This document shows positions 31,359-32,000 of a DNA stretch of 32,000 nucleotides, one piece after another. Both the position numbers and the translations under genes were made by a program. The first letter of the stretch is position 1. Each line of letters opens with the position of its first letter. Under the pieces are notes generated by a model, which worked only from the letters and a program-made list of their open reading frames with translations, was not told the origin of the DNA and did not search any database. Origin of the DNA: Xylanibacter ruminicola 23 (GTDB lineage Bacteria; Bacteroidota; Bacteroidia; Bacteroidales; Bacteroidaceae); NCBI RefSeq assembly GCF_000025925.1, contig NC_014033.1, positions 150,001 to 182,000 on the forward strand. Reading direction: 5' to 3'.

Positions 31359-31399
31359 AAAATACGGAGAAAAATACGGAGTTGATACGGAAATACGGA
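31331..31399. repeat. ATACGGA word array (six copies) straddling a stop codon
   Basis: ATACGGA at 31331, 31342, 31362, 31374, 31385 and 31393. Two copies are inside the 222-aa ORF and four are downstream, ~30-100 nt upstream of the next -7 box. Confidence 0.85.
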
Positions 31400-31427
31400 A
31401 TCAACCCGAGAGTAATGCTTAATGATC

Positions 31428-31435
31428 TACCTTTG
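31428..31435 (+). promoter_or_regulatory. -7 promoter box TACCTTTG
   Basis: TAnnTTTG match 55 nt upstream of ATG 31490. Confidence 0.5.
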
Positions 31436-31489
31436 CATCGTCGATAAGCGACAAAGGTAGATTTTTAAGTATTAAAATAATAAGAAAAA

Positions 31490-31858
31490 ATGAAGAAAGT
31501 GAAAACAGTATTGAACCCTTGTGGTTTGCGAGTAAAGAAGTGTTGTGCCAGTTGTATCAACAAGTTAGTAGATAACGATGGCATGAGATTGTGCCCCATC
31601 CATAACCTGTTTGTGGAGTCTGGCCATGTGTGCAAAAAGTGGCAGATGGACTACAATACATCGCAGGCAGGCGTGTGCCGAGGTCGCGTTCACAAAAAGG
31701 AATATCTGATGTTTGCACTGGCCATCCGATTAGGTGAGAGTGTTGAGGCATTGAAAGCCAAAAAGCAAGGCAAACCTGAGCCTGAGTCAAGAACGATCGA
31801 GAGCATCAGACGTGAGTATGAAACGGATTATGGTACCACAATTTTACTGGATATATAA
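31490..31858 (+). CDS. Hypothetical Cys-rich protein (122 aa)
   Basis: Open frame with seven Cys in the first ~65 residues (CGLRVKKCCASC...CPIHN...HVCKKW...), suggesting metal binding. No family recognised. Confidence 0.55.
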   Translation: MKKVKTVLNPCGLRVKKCCASCINKLVDNDGMRLCPIHNLFVESGHVCKKWQMDYNTSQAGVCRGRVHKKEYLMFALAIRLGESVEALKAKKQGKPEPESRTIESIRREYETDYGTTILLDI

Positions 31859-31862
31859 TATA

Positions 31863-32000
31863 ATGGCAGAGGAATACTTACTTTACGATGTAGATGGTAC
31901 AGCTGCAAAAGTAATGCGCTATGTAAAGCATAGAATAAGTAGTGGCTTGTATGAATACTTGTTGCAAATTCTGTTGCCTTATTCAAGCAGGGTTCAGCAG
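31863..32000 (+). CDS. Hypothetical protein, 5' fragment (runs off the window)
   Basis: ATG 31863 starts 5 nt after the previous stop and is open to the window end: MAEEYLLYDVDGTAAKVMRYVKHRISSGLYEYLLQILLPYSSRVQQ. Confidence 0.35.
   Translation, partial: MAEEYLLYDVDGTAAKVMRYVKHRISSGLYEYLLQILLPYSSRVQQ

Noticed and set aside
1-32000. Search for tRNA, rRNA and riboswitch signatures in intergenic regions
   Set aside because: I saw no T-loop (GGTTCGAATCC-like) plus acceptor-stem combinations or rRNA-like conserved blocks. Intergenic regions are short or filled with the word repeats described.

Overview
Bacteroidales-type chromosomal segment. This is inferred from TAnnTTTG -7 promoter boxes, Fkp, a MurF-Alr fusion and an HU/smalltalk-like pair; it looks Prevotella/Segatella-like, but that is inference only. 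Positions 1 to ~18.9 kb are GC-richer housekeeping DNA: clpB (partial), a TonB-dependent receptor, typA, rpsO, luxS-mtnN, a TrmH-family methyltransferase, a YfhO-like membrane protein, fkp, a GSCFA protein, the murF-alr fusion and two small unknown genes. From ~18.9 to ~26.1 kb, composition and codon choice change abruptly by eye (AT-rich; AGA/TTA/ATA codons instead of CGT/CTG/ATC). This stretch holds a signal-less trypsin-like protease and a decayed radical-SAM activase gene. It also holds the most interesting locus: a tightly packed five-gene operon led by a divergent second FtsZ with intact GTPase motifs, an acidic linker and a C-terminal amphipathic helix. That FtsZ is translationally coupled to an unknown 193-aa protein, followed by a lipoprotein, a 100-aa unknown and a SanA(DUF218) fusion. 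Two lipoproteins and the SanA C-terminus share one paralogous FG-GAP-like domain. Downstream lie an HU-like gene plus an unlisted 33-aa smalltalk-like peptide, an AlbA_2/HATPase_c_4 protein and several unknown genes, each with its own promoter box. The window is also pervaded by short word repeats (AATGTTY, AATGGTC, AATCCGTG, ATACGGA, TCGGA, GTACC words). There is a ~70-bp terminal-inverted-repeat element in two copies, and a ~60-bp element inserted in-frame into two unrelated genes in two different reading frames. I recognised no rRNA, tRNA, CRISPR array, integrase or transposase. All homology calls are by-eye motif recognition, not database searches.
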